From assembly GCA_963810095.1 (NCBI GenBank), contig CAWEMM010000006.1, positions 1,568,001 through 1,632,000 on the forward strand: a stretch of 64,000 bases of DNA, written 5' to 3'. Both the position numbers and the translations under genes were made by a program. Below the pieces are notes generated by a model, which ran no database searches, was not told where the DNA came from, and worked only from the letters and a program-made list of their open reading frames with translations. The stretch comes from an uncultured Chloroflexia bacterium. GTDB lineage: Bacteria > Chloroflexota > Anaerolineae > CG2-30-64-16. Positions 22,000 to 31,485 of the stretch are shown here, piece by piece (within the stretch, counting starts at the first letter, position 1; every line of letters begins with the position of its first letter).

Positions 22000-23829
22000 T
22001 TATAGCGCCTGCGAAATCTGCTGTGCGACCCATGCCGCGGTCAACGGCATCCCGTTGCAGCGGGCAACCGAAACCAACTGGCCGCCGCAGACCGGTTCTT
22101 CCGACAGCAGGATCTGGTGCAGTTGGCCGTCGAAGTTGTTCTCGACCACGAACACCCGGTCATAGGCCGTCATGAACTCGCGTACCGTCTCGTTGATTGG
22201 CAGCGCCCGCAGCCGCATGTAAGCCGTCTCGATGCCCTGCTGGCGCAGCAGATCGCGCGTCTCGACAAGCGCCGGATGGTTCGAGCCGATGCTGATGATG
22301 CCGATTCTGGCGCCCTCGGGGGCGTCGACGACGGGCGCCGGGACGAGCGTGCGGGCGGTGTCGAACTTGCGGCGCAGGCGGCGCAGGTTATTCTCCCAGT
22401 CTTCGGGCCGCTCGCTGTAGGTCGCCATTTCCGTGTGGCCGGTGCCGCGGGTGAAGTAGCCCGCCGCGGGGTGCCGCGTGCCGGGCAGCGTCCGGTAGGT
22501 GATGCCGTCGCCGTCGGTGTCCTTGTAGCGCCCCCACGCGTGGCCCAGCTCATTAAGCTGTTCGGCTGTCAGCACCTTGCCGCGATCGATCGGCTTCTCA
22601 GGATACTCGAAACGCGGGCTGATCCAGATGTTCATGCCCAGGTCGAGATCACTCAAGACGATGACCAGCGTCTGTAGCCGGTCGGCCAGGTCCAAAGCGG
22701 TGATGCCAAATTCGAACGCCTCGGCCGGGTCCGCAGGGAAAAGCAAGACGTGCCGGGTGTCGCCGTGGCTCAGGAAATAGGCCGCCGTGATGTCGCCTTG
22801 GCTCGTCCGGGTGGGGAGCCCGGTCGACGGGCCGATGCGTTGGACATCCCAAATGACCGAGGGGACCTCGGCGAAGTAAGCGAGGCCCGCGAACTCCGCC
22901 ATCAGGTCGAGGCCGGGGCCGGCGGTAGATGTCATGGCCCGGGCGCCGGCCCAGCCTGCCCCGACGCACATACCGAGCGCGGCGAGCTCGTCTTCGGCCT
23001 GCACCACGGCGAAGTTGGCCTTGCCGGTGTCGGGGTCCGTCCGCAGCTTGGGCAGGTACTTGTTGAGCCCGTCCACCACGCTGGATGCCGGGGTGATCGG
23101 GTACCAACCGACGAAGGTGACGCCGCCGAAGATGGTGCCGAGCGCAGCCGCGGTGTTGCCGTCGGCCAGGATCTTGCCCTCGTTGAAACCAGTCATCCGT
23201 TGGACGCGGTAGGGATCGCCCTTGGTCAGGTTTTCTCTGGCCCAATCGTATGCCCGGCGCACCATGCCCATGTTGAGCTCGATCGGTTTCGGCTTGCCGT
23301 CGAAATTCCACGAGACCGCGTCCGCGATTTCTTGCATATCGATGTCGAGCAGATAGGTCAGCACGCCGACGTAGACCATGTTGGCGATGTAGTCCTTCAG
23401 CTCGAACGGCACGCCGGCTTCTTTGACCAGCTTGTTAACGGGCATGGGGTAGTAGACGACGTCGGGCCGGCGCGCGGCAATGGGCAGGGAGTCATCGTAC
23501 AGGACGATGCCGCCCTCGGCCACCTTGGCCATATCTTCCGCGGCAGTCCGGCCGTTGAGACACACGGCGATCTCGTAGGCGTCGCGGTGTGCCAGGTAGC
23601 CTTCGCTGCTCAGCCGGATCACGTACCAGGTGGGCAGGCCCTGAATGTTGCTGGGGAACAGGTTCTTGCCGACAACGGGAATGCCCATCTTGAAGAACGC
23701 CCGCAGCAACACGCCGTTGCTCGTCTGGCTACCTGACCCGTTGATGGTGGCGATGTTCAGCGAGAAGTTGTTAACCACTTCTGGCCGGTCTGCCACTGGC
23801 ATGGGCGCCTCTTGTACTGCGATACTCAT
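22000..23829 (-). CDS. korA: 2-oxoacid:ferredoxin oxidoreductase alpha subunit (gamma-alpha fusion)
   Basis: NGSGSQT, FPSNIQGLP, WYPITPAS, QAEDELAA, QRIGPSTGLPTR, VENN..GQL. Confidence 0.85.
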   Translation of the reverse strand: MSIAVQEAPMPVADRPEVVNNFSLNIATINGSGSQTSNGVLLRAFFKMGIPVVGKNLFPSNIQGLPTWYVIRLSSEGYLAHRDAYEIAVCLNGRTAAEDMAKVAEGGIVLYDDSLPIAARRPDVVYYPMPVNKLVKEAGVPFELKDYIANMVYVGVLTYLLDIDMQEIADAVSWNFDGKPKPIELNMGMVRRAYDWARENLTKGDPYRVQRMTGFNEGKILADGNTAAALGTIFGGVTFVGWYPITPASSVVDGLNKYLPKLRTDPDTGKANFAVVQAEDELAALGMCVGAGWAGARAMTSTAGPGLDLMAEFAGLAYFAEVPSVIWDVQRIGPSTGLPTRTSQGDITAAYFLSHGDTRHVLLFPADPAEAFEFGITALDLADRLQTLVIVLSDLDLGMNIWISPRFEYPEKPIDRGKVLTAEQLNELGHAWGRYKDTDGDGITYRTLPGTRHPAAGYFTRGTGHTEMATYSERPEDWENNLRRLRRKFDTARTLVPAPVVDAPEGARIGIISIGSNHPALVETRDLLRQQGIETAYMRLRALPINETVREFMTAYDRVFVVENNFDGQLHQILLSEEPVCGGQLVSVARCNGMPLTAAWVAQQISQAL

Positions 23830-24599
23830 ACCGCTTCTCCTTGGAGTTGTTGGAGGATGACAGGAACGGCTGGCCCGCCGTTCGCAGACGCGCCATTGCG
23901 GGGCGCACCGCTGTTCGGGGCGATGAACTCGTGCGCAACGCCCATGCGGTCGATCAACTGCATGTGCTGGATGAGCAGTGTCTTTCCCAGCTCGTAATCG
24001 CCCGCGCGGACGGCTTGCGCAATCCGCTCGTGGTAGGACCAGACTTCCTGAAGATACCCGTAGTCTGCGTAGGTGTTCAACTCGACCGCTTCGTAAGCGT
24101 CCCAGTAGGCCTCCAGGAGGCCCAGGACGAAGGGGTTGTTCAGCCGCCGGTAGATCGTCAGATGGAACGCGCGGTGTTCGGGATAGGGGATCTGAACGCG
24201 CTCGGTCGTAAGCTTGGCCTGGGCCTGTTCGACCAGGCGGAGCAACTCGGCTTGATCCTCGCCGGTCAGCAGCACGACGGCCTCGTCCCAGAATGCCATC
24301 TCCAGGTGGATGCGCAGGGTGCTGTAGGCGCGGAACGCCCCGGGGTCGAGCGCCAGGCTGACCATCAGGCCCAGCCGCACCGTGTGGATGAAGTTGTACG
24401 GCAGGCAGCGGATGCCGCGGCGCGGGCTGGCCTCGACCAGGCCAAGCACCCGGGCCACCTCGAACTGCTCGCGGAGCTTGCCGACGCTGATGCCGATTTC
24501 GTTGGAAATCTCGTAGAGCGACGGCAGCTTTGCGCCCGGCTCACACCCCTTCGTCAGCAGGTAACGCAAGAACTCGGAATCGATGCGGTTAATGATCAT
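23826..24599 (-). CDS. GntR/FadR-family transcriptional regulator (wHTH + FCD)
   Basis: PGAKLPS..EIS..IGISVGKLRE HTH, HRAFHLTI..NNP, HERIAQAV...HM; overlaps the korA start. Confidence 0.85.
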   Translation of the reverse strand: MIINRIDSEFLRYLLTKGCEPGAKLPSLYEISNEIGISVGKLREQFEVARVLGLVEASPRRGIRCLPYNFIHTVRLGLMVSLALDPGAFRAYSTLRIHLEMAFWDEAVVLLTGEDQAELLRLVEQAQAKLTTERVQIPYPEHRAFHLTIYRRLNNPFVLGLLEAYWDAYEAVELNTYADYGYLQEVWSYHERIAQAVRAGDYELGKTLLIQHMQLIDRMGVAHEFIAPNSGAPRNGASANGGPAVPVILQQLQGEAV

Positions 24600-24660
24600 G
24601 GAAATTCCTGTCACGCCAAGTATCACCTTCGGCCGCGCCGGTCTTGACGAAGCTGACGTC

Positions 24661-24729
24661 TTCGAATATTCGGATTTATCGAATCAATCGAATTGTTGGC
24701 ATTATACCCATTGCCCCAGCGAATGCAAA
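24661..24729 (-). promoter_or_regulatory. Promoter and candidate operator for the GntR-korAB operon
   Basis: Minus-strand TATAAT (24707-24702) with TTGCAT upstream; downstream quasi-palindrome TTCGAATATTCGGA plus two more TCGAAT copies. Confidence 0.5.
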
Positions 24730-24997
24730 TCCGGGCTTCGTGCCTCGGAGTATCAATGTCGGTTCATATTTGCGTGAATGTCCGCAACGCTACATAAGTC
24801 TCCTATGCATTGTGACTACCTTATTTCTGATCGTGTGTCGACCGTGAGCGTCGGGCCGGCATTTGCGCGGTTTGCTGGCGAGAGTGTGGGCTGGACGCTG
24901 CATAAACGGGACACTAGCTGGTCTCACAAGGATAGAATGCACATGTTACAGCTAAATAGCGGGTGGGCGGCCGCGCATCACTCGCAGGGGGTGCGCG

Positions 24998-26191
24998 GTG
25001 GCTGACCGTGAAATGCGCACGGTATGGACGGTCGCCGAGGGCGACCTGGGCGGTAAGGGCCGCGTCCACGTGTTGGAGATCATGGGCAGCGCCATCGTTG
25101 GCGGCATGGAGACCTATGTAAAGAACCTCCTACGCCGGATGCCACCCGACCGGTTCCGCGTTACATGCCTGTGTCCCTATGAGAGCGAGGTCACCGAGAT
25201 CCTCCGTGCGATGGGCGTAGCCATCTTCATTGCCCGCATGGACGACGACCCGCCTTGGCGGTCGATCCAGACGGCCGTCGAGATCGTCCGCAATTTCGAC
25301 GTCGACCTGATCCATGCGCACATGCCCAAGGCCCACGTGCTGGCAGGGCTCGCCGGTGCGCTTACCCGCACCCCCGTCCTTGCCACCGTGCACGGCAACA
25401 GTATCACCACGCACGAGCTGGGGATTCACCGGACGACGGGCTCGCACCTGATCGCCGTGTGCCAGGAGGCATACATTCAGGCGCTGGCGATGGGGGTGTC
25501 ATTGGACCGGGTCAGCCTGATCCGCAACGGCGTCGACGTGGAGTTGTTCAAGCCGTCGCCCGCCGCCCGAGACGGGTTCCGCAACGTCATCGGCGTTGCG
25601 CCCGAAACTCCGTTGATCGGCTTTGTCGGCCGCATCGACGTGGAGAAGGGGCCCGACCAATTTCTTCAGGCCGCACAAGTCATCCACGCCGAAGTGCCAC
25701 AAGCCCACTTCGTATTGGTGGGAACCGGGCATCAATATGATAAAATGCAGGGACTAACCGGAGAGTTGGGACTCGCAAGCTGCGTGCATTTTGCCGGGCT
25801 CTGGCCTGACACGTCGCAGGTTTATCCAGGGCTCGACCTGCTCCTGCAGACGTCGCGCATCGAAGGTCTCCCACTTTCATTGCTCGAGGGTATGGCGTGC
25901 GGGCTGCCCGTGGTGGCGCTTGGCGTCGGGGGCGTGCCTGAGATCGTGGAAGAGGGCCGCACGGGCATGATCGCGGGGCCGGGCGACTGGCGGGGCGTGG
26001 GCCAGCGGGCCGTCGACCTGCTCGAACATGCCGACCGGCTGAAGGCAATGGGCGAGGCCGGGCAGCGCCGAGCGCAGGCGCAGTTTGACCTGCGGGTGAC
26101 GGTCAGGCAGACGACGGATCTCATGGAACGCCTGGTTCAGGCAGCGCACCTCGCGCCGAATACGCACCGGGCCAGGGCACGGAAGGACTAA
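24998..26191 (+). CDS. Glycosyltransferase family 4 (GT-B)
   Basis: GGMETY, IHAH, IRNGVD, GRIDVEKG, SRIEGLPLSLLEGMACGLPVV. Confidence 0.9.
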   Translation: MADREMRTVWTVAEGDLGGKGRVHVLEIMGSAIVGGMETYVKNLLRRMPPDRFRVTCLCPYESEVTEILRAMGVAIFIARMDDDPPWRSIQTAVEIVRNFDVDLIHAHMPKAHVLAGLAGALTRTPVLATVHGNSITTHELGIHRTTGSHLIAVCQEAYIQALAMGVSLDRVSLIRNGVDVELFKPSPAARDGFRNVIGVAPETPLIGFVGRIDVEKGPDQFLQAAQVIHAEVPQAHFVLVGTGHQYDKMQGLTGELGLASCVHFAGLWPDTSQVYPGLDLLLQTSRIEGLPLSLLEGMACGLPVVALGVGGVPEIVEEGRTGMIAGPGDWRGVGQRAVDLLEHADRLKAMGEAGQRRAQAQFDLRVTVRQTTDLMERLVQAAHLAPNTHRARARKD

Positions 26192-27648
26192 TGACCCACG
26201 ACGATGAGTTCAGCAGCGTTGCGACTCAACGTGAGACCAGAGACGCAAACCGTTTGAAACCGGGGTTGAGTGCCGGGGGGGCGGACGATCTCGCTAACCG
26301 CATGCCCGCCGCCGCCGAACTTGTGCATTTGCCGGGCGCCCCAGGGGGTGGCTCGGACCAGCGGCTGCAGACGATGTTCGAGATCGCCCGCATCCTGGCA
26401 ACCGAGCACGACCCCGAGGTCACCGCGCCTCGGCTGCTTGCCGTCTTAATCGACCACCTGCGGGCTGCCGATGCAGGGATGTTCGTCCTCTACGACGCCG
26501 TCGAAGGAACCCTGTTGGTAAAGGCGGCGCAAGGTTATGACCTCGACATCTTGCAGCACCTGCGCCTCGCGCCGGGCGAGTCGATCACCGGGCGCGCCTT
26601 CTCCACCGGCGTCGCGGCACTCTACCCCACGCAGGAAAGCACCACGGCCGCGATGAGCTCGATGTCGCCGGAAAACCTGGCGATTTTCCGGGCCGCGGCG
26701 ACCGGTATCTCGGAGCCGCAGAGCGCGGTTGCCGTGCCGCTCGACACCAACGGCACCCGCGTCGGCGTGCTAGTTCTCGAGAGCCTTCGCTCGCCGGCCC
26801 AGTTCGACCCAAGTGACCTGAATTTCCTGATGCCCGTCGCCGACCTTCTGGCGCTGTCGATCGAGAACGGCCGCCTGCGCGCCGAACTCGACACCGTCCG
26901 CTCCCGGTCCGAGGCGAACCGGCTGAAGGCGGAGGTGATCTCGACCCTGGCCCACGAGCTGCGCACCCCTCTCACTTCGATCAAAGGCTATTCCAGCGCG
27001 CTCCTACTCGAAGGCGCTGCATTCGGCGCGGACACGCAGCGCGAGTTCCTGGAGATCATCGACGAGGAGTGCGACGTGCTGCAGGACTTGATCCACGACC
27101 TGCTCGAGTCTTCGATGATCGATGCGGGTTTCCTGCGCCTGGAGATGCAGCCGGTGCGGCTGCCGCGGCTTGCATTAGGTGTGCTCGAGGATTTCGCCCA
27201 CCTTGATTCTGGGCACAGGTTCGTCGCCGATTTCTCGCCCGATTTCCCCATCGTGGATGCCGACCCGCAGCGGGTAACGCAGGTGCTGCGCAACCTGATC
27301 GACAACGCGGTGAAGTACTCGCCGGACGGCGGGCTGGTCGTGGTGCGCGGCATCGCGCGGCCGGATGAAGTCGAAATGAGCGTGGCGGACCAGGGCGTGG
27401 GCATCGCGCCCGAACACCTTAACCGGCTGTTCGAGAAGTTCTTCCGGGTGAAGTCGGGCCTGGGCCGGCACGTGGTGGGCACGGGCTTGGGCCTTCCCAT
27501 TGCCCGGGCGATCGTCGAAAGCCACGGCGGGCGCATCTGGGCCGAGAGCGCCGTTGGGCAAGGCACGACCCTGTTCTTTACGATCCCAATCGAGGCGGAG
27601 CATGCCGACGCGGCGCGTCCCGGCGGCGCGACCCGTCTCGTCGACTGA
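26191..27648 (+). CDS. Cytoplasmic GAF-domain sensor histidine kinase
   Basis: GAF (GESITGRAF, AVPL..VGVLVL), H-box LAHELRTPLTSIKG, NLIDNAVKYS, DQGVGI, GTGLGL; no TM segment seen. Confidence 0.92.
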   Translation: MTHDDEFSSVATQRETRDANRLKPGLSAGGADDLANRMPAAAELVHLPGAPGGGSDQRLQTMFEIARILATEHDPEVTAPRLLAVLIDHLRAADAGMFVLYDAVEGTLLVKAAQGYDLDILQHLRLAPGESITGRAFSTGVAALYPTQESTTAAMSSMSPENLAIFRAAATGISEPQSAVAVPLDTNGTRVGVLVLESLRSPAQFDPSDLNFLMPVADLLALSIENGRLRAELDTVRSRSEANRLKAEVISTLAHELRTPLTSIKGYSSALLLEGAAFGADTQREFLEIIDEECDVLQDLIHDLLESSMIDAGFLRLEMQPVRLPRLALGVLEDFAHLDSGHRFVADFSPDFPIVDADPQRVTQVLRNLIDNAVKYSPDGGLVVVRGIARPDEVEMSVADQGVGIAPEHLNRLFEKFFRVKSGLGRHVVGTGLGLPIARAIVESHGGRIWAESAVGQGTTLFFTIPIEAEHADAARPGGATRLVD

Positions 27649-27652
27649 TCTG

Positions 27653-27751
27653 AAATGGGACGCTGATGCAACGGATTGAACTGAGCTGCACTGTCCTTCC
27701 GAGAAGAGATCGTGATAATCAGTCAAATCTTTCCAATCAGTGTCCCGATTT
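27653..27751. repeat. Intergenic inverted-arm element with 9-bp periodicity
   Basis: Left arm GAT/GAG at 27665, 27674, 27683; right arm ATC at 27709, 27718, 27727, 27736; termini GGGACGCTGAT and ATCAGTGTCCC. Confidence 0.6.
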
Positions 27752-27814
27752 GATCCCGCGTTGTCCGGCGTAGCGGGATGAGTGTCAAGACTGAATGGGC
27801 AGAAGAAGCAAAGC

Positions 27815-28562
27815 ATGACCAACAGCGAAACCGGCCAATCCATCCGATCAGCGGCCTATGCGGCGCAGGAGAAGGCAAAAGTCCTCGTCGTCGACGACGA
27901 ACCGCGGCTGGTGCGTTTGGTCAGCGAGATCCTCAAGGCCGCCGGCTACCGGGTGATCTCGGCTGCGAACGCGAAGGGTGCGACCGAAGCCGTGGCGCTC
28001 GAGCAGCCCGACCTCGTGTTGCTCGACGTGTTGCTCGGCGCGGGATCGAACGGCTACGACGTGTGCCGCACCGTCCGCGAGTTCTCCGACGTCGCCGTCG
28101 TGATGCTGACGGCGAAGGCGACCGAAGCGGACGTCTTGGCCGGCTTCGAGGCGGGCGCCGATGACTACCTGACGAAGCCATTCAGCGCCAAGGAACTACT
28201 TGCGCGGGTGCAGGCGGTGCTGCGGCGAACGCAGCGGCCCGGCGACGCAGTCACATCGGGTGTCGTCTGCGGCGACCTGGAGATCAACTACGCACGGCGG
28301 ACCGTGCGAGCTGCGCGGGCATCCCGTGGCCTGACCCGCACCGAGTTCGAGCTGCTTTACCAGTTGGCGCGCAATCTCAACAAGGTCATGTCGCATGTCG
28401 ACCTGCTCACGAACGTGTGGGGTCCAGAATACCGCGACGATCTCGAATACTTGCCGCGCCTATATCCGTTACCTGCGCAAGAAGCTGGAAGCGGACCCGG
28501 CCAATCCTCAGTACATCGTGACTTCCCCCGGTGTGGGCTACATGCTCGCGTGTCCATCCTAA
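27815..28562 (+). CDS. OmpR/KdpE-family response regulator (frameshift near 3' end)
   Basis: [27 protein letters not shown]; corrected C-terminus [24 protein letters not shown]. Confidence 0.9.
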
Positions 28563-28686
28563 GAGTCTAAATATTCTCATAAATGTAATAATAATTGCTG
28601 CCTCCTCTAGCCATGGGACTATGATCTGATCCTAGCCCCGGCGCGCCGAGACGACGCACCGGGGCAAAAGGATTAAGGAGGACAGA

Positions 28687-31481
28687 ATGCCACAGAGAAG
28701 GAAGGTGCTGATGGGTGCGACGACGGTTGTCGTCGTGATCATCGTAGCGCTTGTGGCGACCGCATGCGGCAAGAGCAGCAATGCGGCCGAGACTCAGCCA
28801 ACATCGAGTGCGAATATGCCAACCACCGCCGCGCCGTCAGGCGCGGCGGTTTTGTCAGGCGGCAACTCGACCGGCAGCAGTGCAGCCGGTAACGGTGCGA
28901 CCGGCAACCTCGGCACCGGCGTCGCTACGGCGGCGCCCGGAAGCAGCAATGCAAATGGAGCCGGGCAGGCCGCGGGCGGCGCGGCAGGTAGCGTCGCGGG
29001 TTCGGCGGGCGTGCTGGCCCAGGCAGCAACCCCCGCGCCCTCGACGGGCTGGCGCCGACTGACCGGCACGAATGCGATGACCGGCACCAATGCGGTGACC
29101 GGAACCAACGCGATCACGACGACCAACGCCGTCACCGGAACCGGCGCGATGTCAGGAACCGGGCAGACGAGCGCAAACGGTGCGGCCATGGGTGCGAATG
29201 ACGGGGCGCGGGCCAGGCTGAAGGGTCGCCGACGCCCCGGCCGCCCCTGCCCACGCCCCGGCCCACTTCCAGCCGCAGGCCGCGCAGGGCCCGGCGCCTA
29301 CCGTCTCGGCCGAGGCGGCCCAATTGGGCGCGCAGTCCAAGCCCGCGCCGGCTGCCGGGCAAGTGGACGTTCGTTCGGATACGACTTCGAGCAAACTCGG
29401 CACGTGCCGCTGGCTCAGATCACCAAGGATAACGTGCGCACATCTGGGCCGGGTGTGGTCGGTCGATTTCCAGGACACGGACAAGACGATCCCCGGGGGC
29501 CAGGAAGGCTACCCGCTGGTGATCAGCGGCACCGTGTACGTCAGCACGAGCTTCAACCATGCCTTTGCGATCGATGCGGCGCACTGGCAAGGTCAAGTGG
29601 CACTTCTCGCCCGGCGAGATCGGCAAGTTCCAGAATTTCGGCCTCAACTTCAACCGCGGCCTGGCGTACTGCAATAACACGCTTTACATGCTGACGCTGG
29701 ACATGCGGATCATGGCCATCGATCCGGCCTCAGGCAAGCTTGTCAAGGAGGTCAACATCCCGGACACGGTGCCCGACGCCAAGACCGAGTACGGCTACTA
29801 CGAGACGGCCGCGCCGATCTGCTACAACGGCACGCTGCATCATCGGTTCGTCCGGCGGCGACAACGGCTTCCGCGGCTTCGTGATGGCTTACAACGCCAA
29901 GGACTTGACACCCGGCGTGGCCGAATCCCTACTGGACCGTCCCGCCGGTGAACCAGGACTGGCGCAGCCAGGGCGTGTTCCATGGCGGCGGCGCGGTCTG
30001 GATGCCGGTGTCGATCGACACGACGACGGGCACCGCTGTACTTCTCTGTGGGCAACCCGTCGCCCGACTTCTACCCGCAGCTGCGGCCCGGCAACAACCC
30101 GAAGACCAACTCGCTCGATCGCGGTCGATGTGAAGACCGGCCAGGAGAAGTGGTGGAAGCAGCAGCAGGCCGGCGACCAGTGGGACTATGACACCTCACG
30201 CCGCCGATGATCTTCACCGGCCGGGTGAACAATCAGCCGCGCCGGGTCGTCGCGGTGGGCAACAAGGCCGGGCACTGGTTCCTCTACGACGCAAAGAGCG
30301 GCGACCCGATCTACGAAACGGTCAAGGTGCTCGACACGGATAACCATCCGCCGCTCGAACAAGGCAAGGCGGTCGAGGTCGTACCCGTCCGCACTGGGCG
30401 GCTTCAACTACGGGCCTATGTCCTACGATCCGGGCACCAACTATGCGCTGGTTGACGGCGATCGAGTCGAAGACGGTGCTGGTGCAGGCGCGCTCGCCTG
30501 AGGAGGTGGACAAGGCCCGGGCCCGCGGCGACGTGGACACCGGCACGCTGAACGGCTTCGGCACGACACCCGCTCGGCTGGCACGATTACGGCAGCATCA
30601 GCGCGATCGACATCAACACGGGCAAGGTCGCGTGGAAGTTCCGCACCTCCGAGCCCGAACGCGGCGGCGTGACGACGACCGCGTCCGGCATTGCGTTTGA
30701 TCGGCGGCGGCGACGGCTTCCTGCGCGCGCTCGACACGACGACCGGCGCAGTGCTGTGGGAGTACCAGACCGGCGCGCCAATCGCGGCCGCGCCGAGCGT
30801 CTACGAGCTGAACGGCATCGAGTACGTCGTCGTGACGGACGGGCGGCACGAGCACCTCGTCGCAGGGCGGCAAGGTGACGCAGATGCAGGCCTTCGCGCT
30901 CGGCGGGGATCCGATGCAGTTCGGCGCCCCGGGCAACCAGACCAGCGGCACCTCGCCCGAGGACATTCTGAAGCAGGCCACGAAGCCGGCAGCGAATCAG
31001 GCCGCGCGAGTTCATCTCGCATCGACAAGGCACGGTGAAGAACCAGGTCGACCTCACGGTCGTCGCTTCGCTCAGCCCGGCGAACGGCGGCTTGAACTTC
31101 AACGGCTACGTCAAGGGTGAGGCGGCTTACCACGTGCCCGAGGGTTGGACGGTGAACGTCACCTTCCGCAACCTGAGCACCCAATCGCCGCACAGCGCGG
31201 TCGTCGCGCCCGACGGGGAGCAGAACAACGTCCGGATCACGCAAGACCGCGTTCGAGGGCTCGGCCATGCCGAACTACGAATCGGGCATCACTTCGGGGT
31301 CGCAGCGTTTCACCTTCAAGGCGGAGAAACAGGGCAAGTATGTCCTGATCTGCGGTTTGCCGGGCCACGGCCAGGCGGGCCAGTGGATCTGGTTCTACGT
31401 CGACGCGCCGGACTCGCAGCCTTCCTTCCAGGCGGGCAACGGGCAGCCATACGTCCCGCAGCCGCCGGAAACGGAGGCTGA
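28687..31481 (+). CDS. Lipoprotein PQQ-type beta-propeller dehydrogenase with C-terminal sulfocyanin-like cupredoxin domain (many indels)
   Basis: Lipobox VATAC, low-complexity linker; across frames PLAQITKDNV, QEGYPLVISG, TGKVKW, NRGLAY, GGAVW, GNPSPD, WDYD, TGKVAW, GAVLWEYQTG; then NFNGY..G...VPEGWTVNVTF.N...PHS and ICGLPGHGQAGQW. Confidence 0.7.
29062..29163 (+). repeat. 18-bp tandem repeat encoding (TGTNA[MVI]) x5-6
   Basis: ACCGGCACGAATGCGATG ACCGGCACCAATGCGGTG ACCGGAACCAACGCGATC and further degenerate copies. Confidence 0.8.
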
Positions 31482-31485
31482 TCGC

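Noticed and set aside
6574-22677. Long antisense or alternate-frame ORFs (e.g. 6574-8010, 8187-9530, 12012-13505, 20957-21943)
   Set aside because: These are shadow ORFs typical of high-GC DNA, lying opposite clearly recognisable genes and lacking family motifs.
30181-30192. Calling the quinoprotein a lanthanide methanol dehydrogenase (xoxF)
   Set aside because: WDYD alone is not diagnostic; the vicinal disulfide and canonical Glu are missing, and no xoxG/xoxJ is present.
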